NCBI GenBank assembly: GCA_963734495.1
Contig: CAVTHK010000009.1
Location: 267,308-331,307, forward strand
Source: an uncultured Spirochaetota bacterium
Lineage (GTDB): Bacteria > Spirochaetota > Spirochaetia > SZUA-6 > CAVTHK01
Length of the DNA stretch: 64,000 nt
Direction: 5' to 3'
Shown here one piece after another: positions 10,202 to 19,252 of the stretch. The position numbers were made by a program, and so were the translations under genes. Under the pieces are notes generated by a model that saw only the letters and a list, made by a program, of their open reading frames with translations, was not told where the DNA came from and ran no database searches. Every line of letters starts with the position of its first letter. The first letter of the stretch is position 1.

Positions 10202-11562
10202 GTCATAGCCGCGGAACGGACCGACCTGAGCTCCTACCTCACTCCTCGGCAGGTCGTCTTTCTGCGCAGCCGCTCGCGGCAGGGCGCCATCCGCGAGCTG
10301 GTGCAGGCGGCCTGCCGGACGGCCCCGTCGCTCGACCCCGAGGCGACGTTCACCGCCGTGTGGGAGCGGGAGTCGGTCGTGAGCTCCTGGATCGCGCCGG
10401 GGATCGCCATGCCCCACGCGCGCCTGAAGGGGTTCTCGGGGTTCCTGCTCGTCGTGGGCCGCAGCCGTCAAGGGCGTGGACTACGAGTCGCCCGACGGCG
10501 AGCCCGTCGAGATCCTCGCGCTCATCCTCGGCAACGCGGCCGAGGTCGACCGCCACATCGAGCTGCTCGCCGAGACCGCGCGGACGCTGCGGCCGCAGGA
10601 GGCGCGGCGCAGGATCGTCGAAGCGAAGACCAAGCGTGAAGTCTGGGCGGTCATGACCTCCCAGCTCGAGGAGCCGCCCGCGCGGGCGCCCACCGTCGAC
10701 CCGTCGCGGCTCATGGTCAACCACGCCCTCTGGCTGGCGAGGGAGATCCAGGCCGGCGCGGTGATCCTGCACCTCGAGGCGACCGACGACGTCGCCGCGC
10801 TCGCCGCGGTGGAGAGCGATCTGCCGGTGATCCTCGTGGTGCAGGACGCGAGCCGGCTGCCGCCGGAGCTGCGCGGCGACCACCCCGTGCTCGAGCTGCC
10901 GCTGGCCGGCCTCACGCGGGCGAACCACGTGGCCTTCACCCTGATCGTCGCCCTGTCCCGCGGCCTCATCGACAGAACCTCCCGGGTCGTGAGCCTCTTC
11001 GGCGTCCCCGGCTCCGGCCGCCTGGACACGCTGGCCGTGATCGACGTCGCGCGGGAGTTCCCGTCGGTGTTCGCGGCGTCGCCGGCCGGCCTGCTCGGCG
11101 ACGTGCGCCTCGAGGTGCTGGAGCGCGTGCTGCAGCTCGCCGCTGAGCTCGGGCCGCGAGGGCCGCGAGGGCAAGCCGGTCGGCATGCTGTTCGTCCTCG
11201 GCGACCACGACAAGGTGCGCGGGTGGACGCACCAGATGGTGATGAACCCGTTCAAGGGGTACCGCGACGAGGAAAAGAACATCCTCGACCCGAGCCTCGC
11301 CGAGACGGTCAAGGAGTTCTCGACGATCGACGGGGCTTTCCTCGTGCGCGGCGACGGCGTCATCGAGGCCGCGGGCGCGTTCCTGCGCACGGGCAAGCAG
11401 GCCGCCGAGGCGGTCCCCGGCCTCGGCGCGCGCCACGCCGCGGCCGCCGGCGTGACCGCGCGGACGGCGGCCCTCGCCGTTGCGCTGTCCCAGTCGACGG
11501 GGAGGGTGAGCCTCTTCGCTGGGGGCAAGCTCGTGATGCAGCTCGACCGGTCCGGCGGATAG
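10202..11562 (+). CDS. Three-domain protein: PTS EIIA-2-like + pyruvate-kinase-C-terminal-like + DAC (DisA_N, diadenylate cyclase) domain; frame-disrupted
   Basis: The EIIA-2 part is ..SWIAPGIAMPHARL..KGVDYESPDGEPVEILALILG... The PK_C-like part is ..AVILHLE..PVILVV..VVSLFGVPGSGRLDTLAVIDV. The DAC part is GKPVGMLFVLGD..IDGAFLVRGDG..GLGARHAAAAGVTARTAALAVALSQSTGRVSLF. Frame switches lie at ~10469 and ~11163. No canonical start codon follows the ADH stop directly, so the start is uncertain. Confidence 0.75.
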
Positions 11563-11570
11563 CCTTCCGC

Positions 11571-12962
11571 ATGACCGACCTGACCAAAGGCAACGAGACT
11601 CGGGCCATCATCGCGTTCGCCCTGCCCATGCTGCTGGGCAACGTCTTCCAGCAGCTCTACTCGACCGTCGATGGCATCGTCGTCGGACGGTTCGTGGGCA
11701 AGGAAGCGCTCGCGGCGGTGGGCGCGAGCTTTCCCGTCATGTTCCTCATGATCTCGCTCGTGATGGGCATCACGATGGGCGCGGGCATCATGCTGTCGCA
11801 GCTCTACGGCGCCGGCGACTTCGAGCGCCTCAGGCGCACGCGGGACACCGCGATCGTCTTCCTGTCGGTCGCCTCCCTGGCGGTCACCGCCCTCGGCCTC
11901 GCCGCCAGCGGCCCCATCCTGCGCCTGGTCCGGGTGCCGGAGCCCGTCTTCCCGATGGCGCTCTCCTACCTGCGGATCATGTTCGCCGGGATGGTCTTCA
12001 CGTTCGGCTACAACGCCGTGGGGTCGATCCTGCGCGCTCTGGGGGACTCGAAGCGGCCTCTCTACTTCCTGATCGCGGCCACCCTCGCGAACGTCGTCCT
12101 CGACCTGCTCTTCGTGGTCGTGTTCCACTGGGGCATCGAGGGCGCCGCCTGGGCGACGGTGATCTCGCAGGCGCTCTCGTTCGCGCTCGGAGCGCGCCAC
12201 ATGCAGCGCACGGAGCTGCTGCGAGTGCGGCCGCGGCTCCTGGTCTTCGACCGCGGGCTCGCGGCGGGGATGGTGCGGATCGGGCTGCCGGCGGGGCTGC
12301 AGCACTCGCTGATCTCCCTCGCCTTCATCGCGCTCAACGGGATCGTGAACCCCTTTGGCACCGCCGTGATCGCCGGCTTCACGGCCGCCTCGCGCCTGGA
12401 TTCATTTGCCGGCATGCCGGCCATGAACCTCTCGATGGCGGTCTCGACCTTCGTCGGCCAGAACCTGGGCGCCGGCAAGCCGGAGCGCCTGCGCAGGGGA
12501 TTTGTCTCCGCGCTCGCCGTCGGAATCGCAATCTCCCTCGCGCTGACCGCGGTGATGATCTTCTTCAAGAGACCCTTGATCCGGCTCTTCAACACCGACG
12601 CGGAGGTCGTGCGGATCGGGGCCGAGTACCTGCTCACGGTGTCGTTCGTCTATCCCGTGTTCGCCTCGATGCTCATCACCGGCGGAGTGCTGCGAGGGGC
12701 GGGGGCCACGTTCGCGAACATGGTGATCAGCGTGGCGGCCCTCTGGGGCGTCCGCATCCCGGTCGCCGCTTTCCTCTCGAGCCGCATGGGGACCCGAGGC
12801 ATCTGGATGAGCGTCCCGGCGGAGTGGGTGTTCGCGTTCTCGGTGACTTTCCTCTACTACCTCACCGGACGATGGAAGAAGAAGGTCGTCGCGCGCCCCC
12901 GGCCCGCTCCCGTCGCGGCCGGATGCGCCGGGCCGAAGCGCGGCGAGGCATCGAAGCCGTGA
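11571..12962 (+). CDS. MATE family efflux transporter
   Basis: ATG 11571 lies within ORF 10476..12962 and gives 463 aa with 12 predicted TM segments. MATE-type motifs include LGNVFQQLYSTVDGIVVGRFVG and FVGQNLGAGKPER. The gene starts 9 nt after the DAC gene stop. Confidence 0.9.
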   Translation: MTDLTKGNETRAIIAFALPMLLGNVFQQLYSTVDGIVVGRFVGKEALAAVGASFPVMFLMISLVMGITMGAGIMLSQLYGAGDFERLRRTRDTAIVFLSVASLAVTALGLAASGPILRLVRVPEPVFPMALSYLRIMFAGMVFTFGYNAVGSILRALGDSKRPLYFLIAATLANVVLDLLFVVVFHWGIEGAAWATVISQALSFALGARHMQRTELLRVRPRLLVFDRGLAAGMVRIGLPAGLQHSLISLAFIALNGIVNPFGTAVIAGFTAASRLDSFAGMPAMNLSMAVSTFVGQNLGAGKPERLRRGFVSALAVGIAISLALTAVMIFFKRPLIRLFNTDAEVVRIGAEYLLTVSFVYPVFASMLITGGVLRGAGATFANMVISVAALWGVRIPVAAFLSSRMGTRGIWMSVPAEWVFAFSVTFLYYLTGRWKKKVVARPRPAPVAAGCAGPKRGEASKP

Positions 12963-13924
12963 AGACCCGCGCCGCCCCGGTCCTCGCCCCCACGCTCGCC
13001 GCGCTCGCCGTCGTGCTGCTCTGGGGGATGTCTTTCGTCTCCTCGAAGGCGATTCTGAACACGGGGTTCCCGCCGCTCACGATGGCCTTTGCCCGCTTCG
13101 CCGTGGCGTCGCTCGCCCTCGCGCCGCTGCGCCGCGGGCTCGAGCCGGGCAGCCGCTTCGAGGCGAGGGAGCGGCCCCTGCTGGTCGTCACGGGACTTTT
13201 CGGCGTCACGGTCTACTTCTTCTTCGAGACGAGGGGCATCAAGCTGACGAGCGCCTCGAGCGCGGCCCTGATCATCGCGACCATCCCCGTGTTCACGGTC
13301 GCCGCGGAGTACCTGTTCTTCCGCACCCCGATCCGCTGGTATCAGGCCGCAGGGATCGCGCTCTCCGTCCTGGGCGTCTACCTGATCGCAGGCCGCGGCG
13401 GGGCGCGGCTGCCGCGGGCGCTCGAGGGGAACCTCTTCATGCTGGGCGCGTGCCTCTCGTGGGTCGCCTACGTCTCGCTGAGCCGCAGGCTCTACGGGGG
13501 CGCGGGATCGGGCGCGGTCCGCCGCGCCCGGACGCGGCGAAGCGGCGGGGACGACGACCTGCCGCAAGTCCATCAGGCTGCGAGCCGGAGCCTGAGCCTG
13601 ACGACGTGGCAGAACCTCATCGGCGCCGCCTTCCTGCTGCCCCTCGCGCTGACCGAGCTGCGCCAGTGGTTCGTCCCCGGCCCCGTCGTGTGGCTGAACA
13701 TCCTGTACCTCGCCCTGTTCTGCTCGGCGCTCGGCTATTTCCTCTACCAGTTCGCCCTCTCGCGCCTCGGCCCCGTCGCGGTCGCGACCTTCGTGAACCT
13801 GATCCCGGTTGTCAGCGCCATGGGCGGCTTCGCGTTGCTCGGCGAGACGCTCGCAGCGCAGCAGATGATCGGCGGGCTCGTCGTGATAGCCGGGGTCTTC
13901 CTGGTCAACCTGCCGGTCCGCTAA
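12959..13924 (+). CDS. EamA/DMT-family transporter
   Basis: GTG 12959 overlaps the MATE stop (GTGA). Two EamA-like halves are present (LLWGMSFVSSKAIL...; ...LFCSALGYFLYQFALSRLGP). The charged inter-repeat loop (~13490-13600) is unusually long. Confidence 0.8.
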   Translation: MKTRAAPVLAPTLAALAVVLLWGMSFVSSKAILNTGFPPLTMAFARFAVASLALAPLRRGLEPGSRFEARERPLLVVTGLFGVTVYFFFETRGIKLTSASSAALIIATIPVFTVAAEYLFFRTPIRWYQAAGIALSVLGVYLIAGRGGARLPRALEGNLFMLGACLSWVAYVSLSRRLYGGAGSGAVRRARTRRSGGDDDLPQVHQAASRSLSLTTWQNLIGAAFLLPLALTELRQWFVPGPVVWLNILYLALFCSALGYFLYQFALSRLGPVAVATFVNLIPVVSAMGGFALLGETLAAQQMIGGLVVIAGVFLVNLPVR

Positions 13925-13998
13925 AGAGGCCGCGCATCCGCTCACCGCCCGCCGGCTGTATATTGCAGTCGCCGCGCGCGCGGACGGGGGCTCGAGCG

Positions 13999-14880
13999 TT
14001 GAAGACTCTCGTGATCGTCAACCCGAAGGCCGGACGCCGCTTCTTTCTCGGTCTCGTGCTCGCCCAGCTCACGGCGGCGCTGGCGCGCCGCGGCATCGAG
14101 CACGTCGTCGCCCGCACGCGGCACCCCGGCGACGCGATCTCGCTCGTGCGCCTCCACCGGCAGGGCGTCGACTTCGTCACGGTGGTCGGGGGGGACGGCA
14201 CCATCAACGAGGTCGTGCGCGGGATGGGGGAGAAGCCCCTGCCGCTGGCCGTGATCCCGTTCGGCACGGCGAACGTGCTCGCGCTGGAGCTCGGCATCCC
14301 GACCAATCCGCTCGCCTCGATCGAGGTGGCGCTCGGCGGCGTCGAGCGCCTCATCGACGTCGGGACGATCAACGGGCGGCCCTTCGTGCTCATGGTCTCG
14401 GCGGGCATAGACGCGTACGCCGTGCATCGTCTGGACGCCGGTCTCAAGCGCATCTCCGGCAAGCTCGCCTACATCGTCGCCGGGCTCGCGTCCGCGGTGC
14501 GCTTCCGGGCGCGGCGCATCCGCGTGAGCCTCCTCGGCAAGCGGATCAGCGACCGCGGCTACCTCGCGGTCGTGGCCAACTCGCGCTTTTACGGGGGACG
14601 TTTCCGCGTGACCCCCGGCGCCAGGATCGACGACGGCGAGCTGAGCGTGCTGCTGCTCAAGAAACGCTCGCTGCTCGACGTGTTCCGCCTTCTGTTCGCG
14701 GTGCTCACCGGCACCCTGCCGGCGATGCGGGACGTGGCCCTCTACCGCGACAAGGCGATCCGGCTCTCGTCGCCCCGCCGCATCTACATGCAGACCGACG
14801 GCGACAAGATCAACGACCGCGAGGCCGACATCCGCGTGCGGCCGCGCTTTCTGCCCGTGCGCGTGCCCCGCGCCGGTTGA
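13999..14880 (+). CDS. Diacylglycerol/lipid kinase family protein (YegS/DagK-like)
   Basis: TTG 13999 gives LKTLVIVNPKAGRR.., with the GGDGT motif (VVGGDGTINEV) and PLAVIPFGTANV. This is the C-terminal 293 codons of ORF 13450..14880. Confidence 0.85.
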   Translation: MKTLVIVNPKAGRRFFLGLVLAQLTAALARRGIEHVVARTRHPGDAISLVRLHRQGVDFVTVVGGDGTINEVVRGMGEKPLPLAVIPFGTANVLALELGIPTNPLASIEVALGGVERLIDVGTINGRPFVLMVSAGIDAYAVHRLDAGLKRISGKLAYIVAGLASAVRFRARRIRVSLLGKRISDRGYLAVVANSRFYGGRFRVTPGARIDDGELSVLLLKKRSLLDVFRLLFAVLTGTLPAMRDVALYRDKAIRLSSPRRIYMQTDGDKINDREADIRVRPRFLPVRVPRAG

Positions 14881-14911
14881 GCCGCCGCGCGCACCCGGGC
14901 GCCGGAGCCGT

Positions 14912-15502
14912 TCAGCCGCCGGACGCCCGCCGCGGCTTGGCGAGGATCTCGCGGATCTCGAGGTCCTCGAAGTTGCGGGAGTACGCGGGCTTGATGACGA
15001 TCGCCGTGTCCGCCCCGGCGCCCGTGCCCCCGATCGCGATCGCCTCCTCCTCCACTTCGAGCAGCCCGGCATCGGCAGCCATCAGCGCGACCTCGACGGC
15101 GACCTTCATCCCCTGACAGAACCGGTAGAGCGTCGTGCGGATCACGCGGTTGGGCGCCACAAAGCCGAGACCGTCGTTGACGTCGTCGCCGAGGGCGTGG
15201 ATGCCGACGAGCGCCGGGATGCCCGCCTCTTCCAGGCGCGCCCTCTCCTCCGCGGTCATCGACCAGCCCACGCCGCGGTAGCTGGCGGAGATCGCGACGG
15301 CCACGATGCGCACGTCGAGGCCCGCGAACGCCGCGCGCGCCTGCAGCGCCGTGCCCCCGTGCGAAGAGGCGACCACGACCTGCCGGATGCGCAGCTCCTC
15401 GGCGCGCTGACGCGCGGCCCGCAGCGTCGCGGCCGTGTTCTCCTCTCCCCCACGGTCGAAAAGCAGTGTTCTGGTCTCCACGAAACTCTCCTTTTGCGTC
15501 AT
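14912..15502 (-). CDS. Stand-alone pyruvate kinase alpha/beta (PK_C-like) domain protein
   Basis: ATG 15502 gives MTQKESFVETRTLLFDRGGEENT..VVVASSHGGTA..CQGMKVAVEVALMAADAGL..IAIGGTGAGADTAIVIKPA, a pattern typical of the ~190-aa PK_C-only family. Confidence 0.8.
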   Translation of the reverse strand: MTQKESFVETRTLLFDRGGEENTAATLRAARQRAEELRIRQVVVASSHGGTALQARAAFAGLDVRIVAVAISASYRGVGWSMTAEERARLEEAGIPALVGIHALGDDVNDGLGFVAPNRVIRTTLYRFCQGMKVAVEVALMAADAGLLEVEEEAIAIGGTGAGADTAIVIKPAYSRNFEDLEIREILAKPRRASGG

Positions 15503-15600
15503 AATGCCGCCGCGCGCCCGTTGCCCTGCGGCATCATACGGCCGCGCGCGCCGCGCGCGCAACCGCCCGCCCGTCGCCCCGCAAACAAAAAGGAGGCCCC

Positions 15601-17356
15601 ATGCAGGTCAACCGTATCGTCCCGGCGCGCGGGCTTCGTAGCGTCCGCGAGCTCATCGAATCCTTCGAGGGAGACAAGCTCGCCCTTCCCGCCCTGGCCA
15701 TGAAGCTGCCCGACGGCTCCTACTGGCGCCTGTCCTACGGCGAGTTGCAGGAGCACGTCCGCGCGCTGGGCGAGGCCCTGCTCGCGCTCGGCGTCGGCAG
15801 GGGCGACCGCATCGGCCTGATCGCGGAGAACCGCAGCGAGTGGATCATCACGTACCTCGCGGTGACCGCGACCGGCGCCGTCATCGTTCCTTTCGACGTC
15901 CTGATCAAGCCCGAGGAGCTGGCGCCGATCGTGCGCTCGAGCGGCGCGCGCATCGTCTTTACGTCGGCCTCCTACCTCGATCGCCTCGCGGAGGTCCGCA
16001 GGCTCACGGCCTCGACGGCGAAGCCGGATGCCGTGGAGAAGGTCGTGCTCTTCGACGATCCCGGGGCGGGCACGCTCCCGTTCTCGATCGCGGCGTTCCG
16101 CGACGTGATCGCCCGCGGCCGCGAGCTGCTCGCGCAGCCGGCCCCCCGCTACCGTGCGATCCGCGTGCGCGCCCGAGGACCTCGCGGCCCTCATCTACAC
16201 CTCGGGGACGACGGGGGAGCCCAAGGGGGTCATGCTTTCGCACGAGAACATCATGACCAACGCCGACGGCGTGCAGATGACCACGAAGCTCGGGCCGGGC
16301 GATAACTGGATCGTGGTGCTCCCGCTCCACCACACCTACCCGACGCTGCTCGGGCTCCTGCTGCCGCTGCTGACCTACGGCATGATCACGCCGGTCGCTT
16401 CGCTCAAGAGCAACGTGCTCGTGCAGATCATGCGCGAGACGGGCGCCACCTGCATCCCCGCGGTCCCCGCCCTGGTCGAGCGCTTCTACAAGGGCATCTG
16501 GACCGCCGTGCGCGAGAAGCCGCTGCCCGTGCGCATCGTGTTCCGGGCGCTCTTCGGCCTGAGCGCGGCGCTGCGCGCCGCAGGCATCGATGCGGGGCGG
16601 CTGCTCTTCCGCAGCGTTGCCGATCAGCTCGGCGTGAGAAAGCTGCGCTTCTTTGTCTCGGGCGGCGGGCCCATCTCGCCGCAGATCATCGACGGCATGC
16701 AGACGCTCGGGCTCACGACCTTCCAGGGCTACGGCCTCACCGAGGCGAGCCCCGTGGTCTCCACGACCTGCCCGGGCCGGGACAAGCCGGGCACGGTCGG
16801 GCTCACTCTCTCGAACGTCGAGCTGCGGCTCGGCGATCCCGACGCGGACGGCAACGGCGAGATCCTGGTGCGCGGGCCGAACATCATGCAGGGGTACGAA
16901 GGCAGGCCGGACCTCACCGCCGAGGTGGTGGACGCGGATGGGTGGCTCCACACCGGCGACCTCGGCGCGATCGACCGTGACGGCTACCTCACGATCACCG
17001 GCAGGATCAAGAACCTGATCGTCACGAGCGGCGGCAAGAACATCTACCCGGAAGAGATCGAGAATGCCCTCCTCGAGAGCCCCTACATTGCCGAGGCGGT
17101 CGTGATGGGCAGGGACGACCCCGAGCATGGAGAGCAGCCGTACGCGATCGTGCACCCGAACCTGGAGGCGCTCGCCGAGGCAGCCGGCGGCAGCGCGCCC
17201 TCGGGCGATGCGCTGCGCCGCGCGCTCGCGGGCGAAGTGCGGCGCACCACGCGCGGCCTGGCTGCCTACAAGGTGCCCGTCGGCTTCGACGTGAGCCTGG
17301 AGGAGCTGCCGAAGACGTCGTCGCGCAAGGTCAAGCGGTTTATGGTCAAGAGGTAG
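15601..17356 (+). CDS. Long-chain-fatty-acid--CoA ligase / AMP-dependent synthetase, one frame disruption
   Basis: ATG 15601 follows AAAAAGGAGG. AMP-binding motifs YTSGTTGEPKG, GYGLTE, TGDLG and SRKVKR are present. The N-terminal ~185 aa (ORF 15601..) and the C-terminal 400 aa (ORF 16154..) join near 16100-16175. Confidence 0.88.
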
Positions 17357-17466
17357 GACGCCGCAGTCCCCGCTCCCTCTCGCTCTCTGGCGCTTCGCGG
17401 GCCATCCGCGTACAATCCGGCCTCGGGCGGCGCGATGAAAAAAAAGGAGCCGCCGGGAGGCTGGGG

Positions 17467-18776
17467 TTGAATTACGCGCTCATCGGGACCGGGTCTCGCT
17501 CGTACATGTACACGGACGCGCTGCTCGGGGAGTTCAAGGACAGGCACAGCCTGGTCGCGCTCTGCGACGTGAACCAGGTCCGCATGGACGTGGCGAATCG
17601 CCGCTTCAAGGAGCGCCACGGGGCGGGTCCCCTGCGCACCTACAAGCCCGCGGACTTCGAGCGCATGATCCGCGAGAACAGGATCGACACCGTCATCGTG
17701 ACGAGCATCGACCGCACGCACCACGAGTACATCGTCCGCGCCATGGAGGCGGGCTGCGACGTCATCAGCGAGAAGCCGATGACGATCGACGCGGACAAGT
17801 GCCGTTTCATCCTCGATGCGATCGAGCGCACGGGGAAGAAGCTCCGCGTCTGCTTCAACTACCGCTATGCGCCGCGCAACAGCCAGGTCAAGGAGCTGCT
17901 CATGCAGGGCGTGGTCGGGAAGATCACGAGCGTGCACTTCGAGTGGCTGCTCGACACCGTGCACGGCGCCGATTACTTCAGGCGCTGGCACCGGGACAAG
18001 CGCAACTCCGGCGGTCTCATGGTGCACAAGGCCACGCACCACTTCGACCTCGTCAACTGGTGGATCGACAGCGTCCCCTCGACGGTGTTCGGGATCGGCG
18101 ACCTCGTGTTCTACGGCCGCGCGAACGCCGAGTCGCGCGGCGTCACGAAGTTCTACGACCGCGCGACGGGCCATCCCAATGCCGTCGGGGACCCCTTCGC
18201 CCTCGATCTCTCCAAGGACACCAAGATGCGCGAGCTCTACCTCGAGGCCGAAAAGGAGGACGGCTACCGGCGCGACGAGAGCGTCTTCGGCCACTACATC
18301 TCGATCGAGGACGACATGGCGCTGGTGGTGCGCTACAGGAGCGGCGCGGTCATGAGCTACCACCTGACCGCGTACTCGCCGTGGGAAGGCTACCGCATCG
18401 CTTTCAACGGCACCAAGGGCAGGCTCGAGTACGAGGTCACGGAAAAGCCCTACGTCTCCGGCTCCGCCACGGACGCCAACCAGCCCGCGGTGCGCAAGGC
18501 GGCCGACTTCCAGATCGAAGAACCGGTGCGCATCATCCTGCGCCCGCACTGGCAGCCGCCGGTGCAGATCCCCTTCAACATGGGCAAGGAAGGCGGCCAC
18601 GGCGGCGGCGACGCGCGCATGCTGCGCGACATCTTCGTCGGCGGCGAGCCCGACCCGCTGGGCCTTGCCGCGGACCACCGCGCCGGCGCCTGGTCGATCC
18701 TCACGGGCGATCGCCGCCAACAGGAGCTTCGCGAGCGGGCTGCCCGGTCCGCGTCGACGACCTGGTAAAGGTATAG
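17467..18776 (+). CDS. Gfo/Idh/MocA family oxidoreductase, two frame disruptions at the 3' end
   Basis: TTG 17467 follows GGGAGG. The sequence runs NYALIGTGSRS..VIVTSIDRTHHEYIVRAMEAGCDVISEKP. The last ~25 codons are recovered by removing one G at ~18706 and one at ~18746, giving ..SILTGIAANRSFASGLPVRVDDLVKV*. Confidence 0.85.
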
Positions 18777-18790
18777 GAACCCTTCCTTGG

Positions 18791-18872
18791 AGGGGGAAAG
18801 CCTTCCCCCTGGGCGGAGCCCCTGCGGGTCTCCGCCCACCCCCTTCGCCTGGGGGCGCCTCACGGCGCCCCC
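18791..18872 (+). terminator. Three consecutive perfect GC-rich stem-loops (putative terminator cluster or REP-like element)
   Basis: AGGGGGAA-agcc-TTCCCCCT (18791-18810). GGGCGGAG-11 nt-CTCCGCCC (18811-18837). GGGGGCGCC-tcac-GGCGCCCCC (18851-18872). The first begins 15 nt after the oxidoreductase stop. There is no T-tract. Confidence 0.4.
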
Positions 18873-18952
18873 AAACCCCCGCCCGCGTGTTGTCGGTTCG
18901 CGATGTGATGGGGAGCCTTGTGCAGCGCGCCCGCAGCGAATACATTGACCAC

Positions 18953-19252
18953 ATGACTGCGCTCGAGGCCGTCAGGAAAGAGCTGCACGACCACATGCCG
19001 GAGCTTCGCTCCCGATTCGGCGTGGTATCTCTAGGCGTATTCGGGTCCTATGCGCGAGCCGAACATGACGCAACGAGCGATATTGACATCCTTGCTGAGT
19101 TCGCGCCGGACGCGAGAGTCGGCTTCTTCGAGTTCCTCACGCTTCAGGAGCATCTTGCGAGCATTCTGGGCCGTCCGGTCGATCTGGTGACCCGGACTGC
19201 GCTCAAACCGTCCATGGGCGACCGCATACTCGACGAGCTCGTGCCAATATGA
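18953..19252 (+). CDS. Nucleotidyltransferase-domain protein (MNT-type antitoxin)
   Basis: The minimal-NTase motif is present: MTALEAVRKELHDHMPELRSRFGVVSLGVFGSYARAEHDATSDIDILAEF... The size (~99 aa) is typical. An alternative ATG lies at 18908. Confidence 0.8.
   Translation: MTALEAVRKELHDHMPELRSRFGVVSLGVFGSYARAEHDATSDIDILAEFAPDARVGFFEFLTLQEHLASILGRPVDLVTRTALKPSMGDRILDELVPI

Noticed and set aside
10350-12305. ORF 10350..12305 (-, 651 aa), and similar long antisense ORFs: 17266..18996 (-), 19886..21667 (+), 37665..39857 (+), 5778..7232 (+), 36441..37328 (-)
   Set aside because: All lie antisense to, or out of frame with, genes that have clear family motifs. Their composition is Arg/Asp/Gly/His-rich and not protein-like.
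13490-13600. Charged ~35-aa insertion (GGAGSGAVRRARTRRSGGDDDLPQVHQAASRS) in the EamA transporter, considered as a hidden double frameshift
   Set aside because: Translations of the two alternative frames over this stretch are no more transporter-like. The position corresponds to the cytoplasmic linker between the two EamA repeats, where length variation is tolerated. It was left as an unusually long loop.
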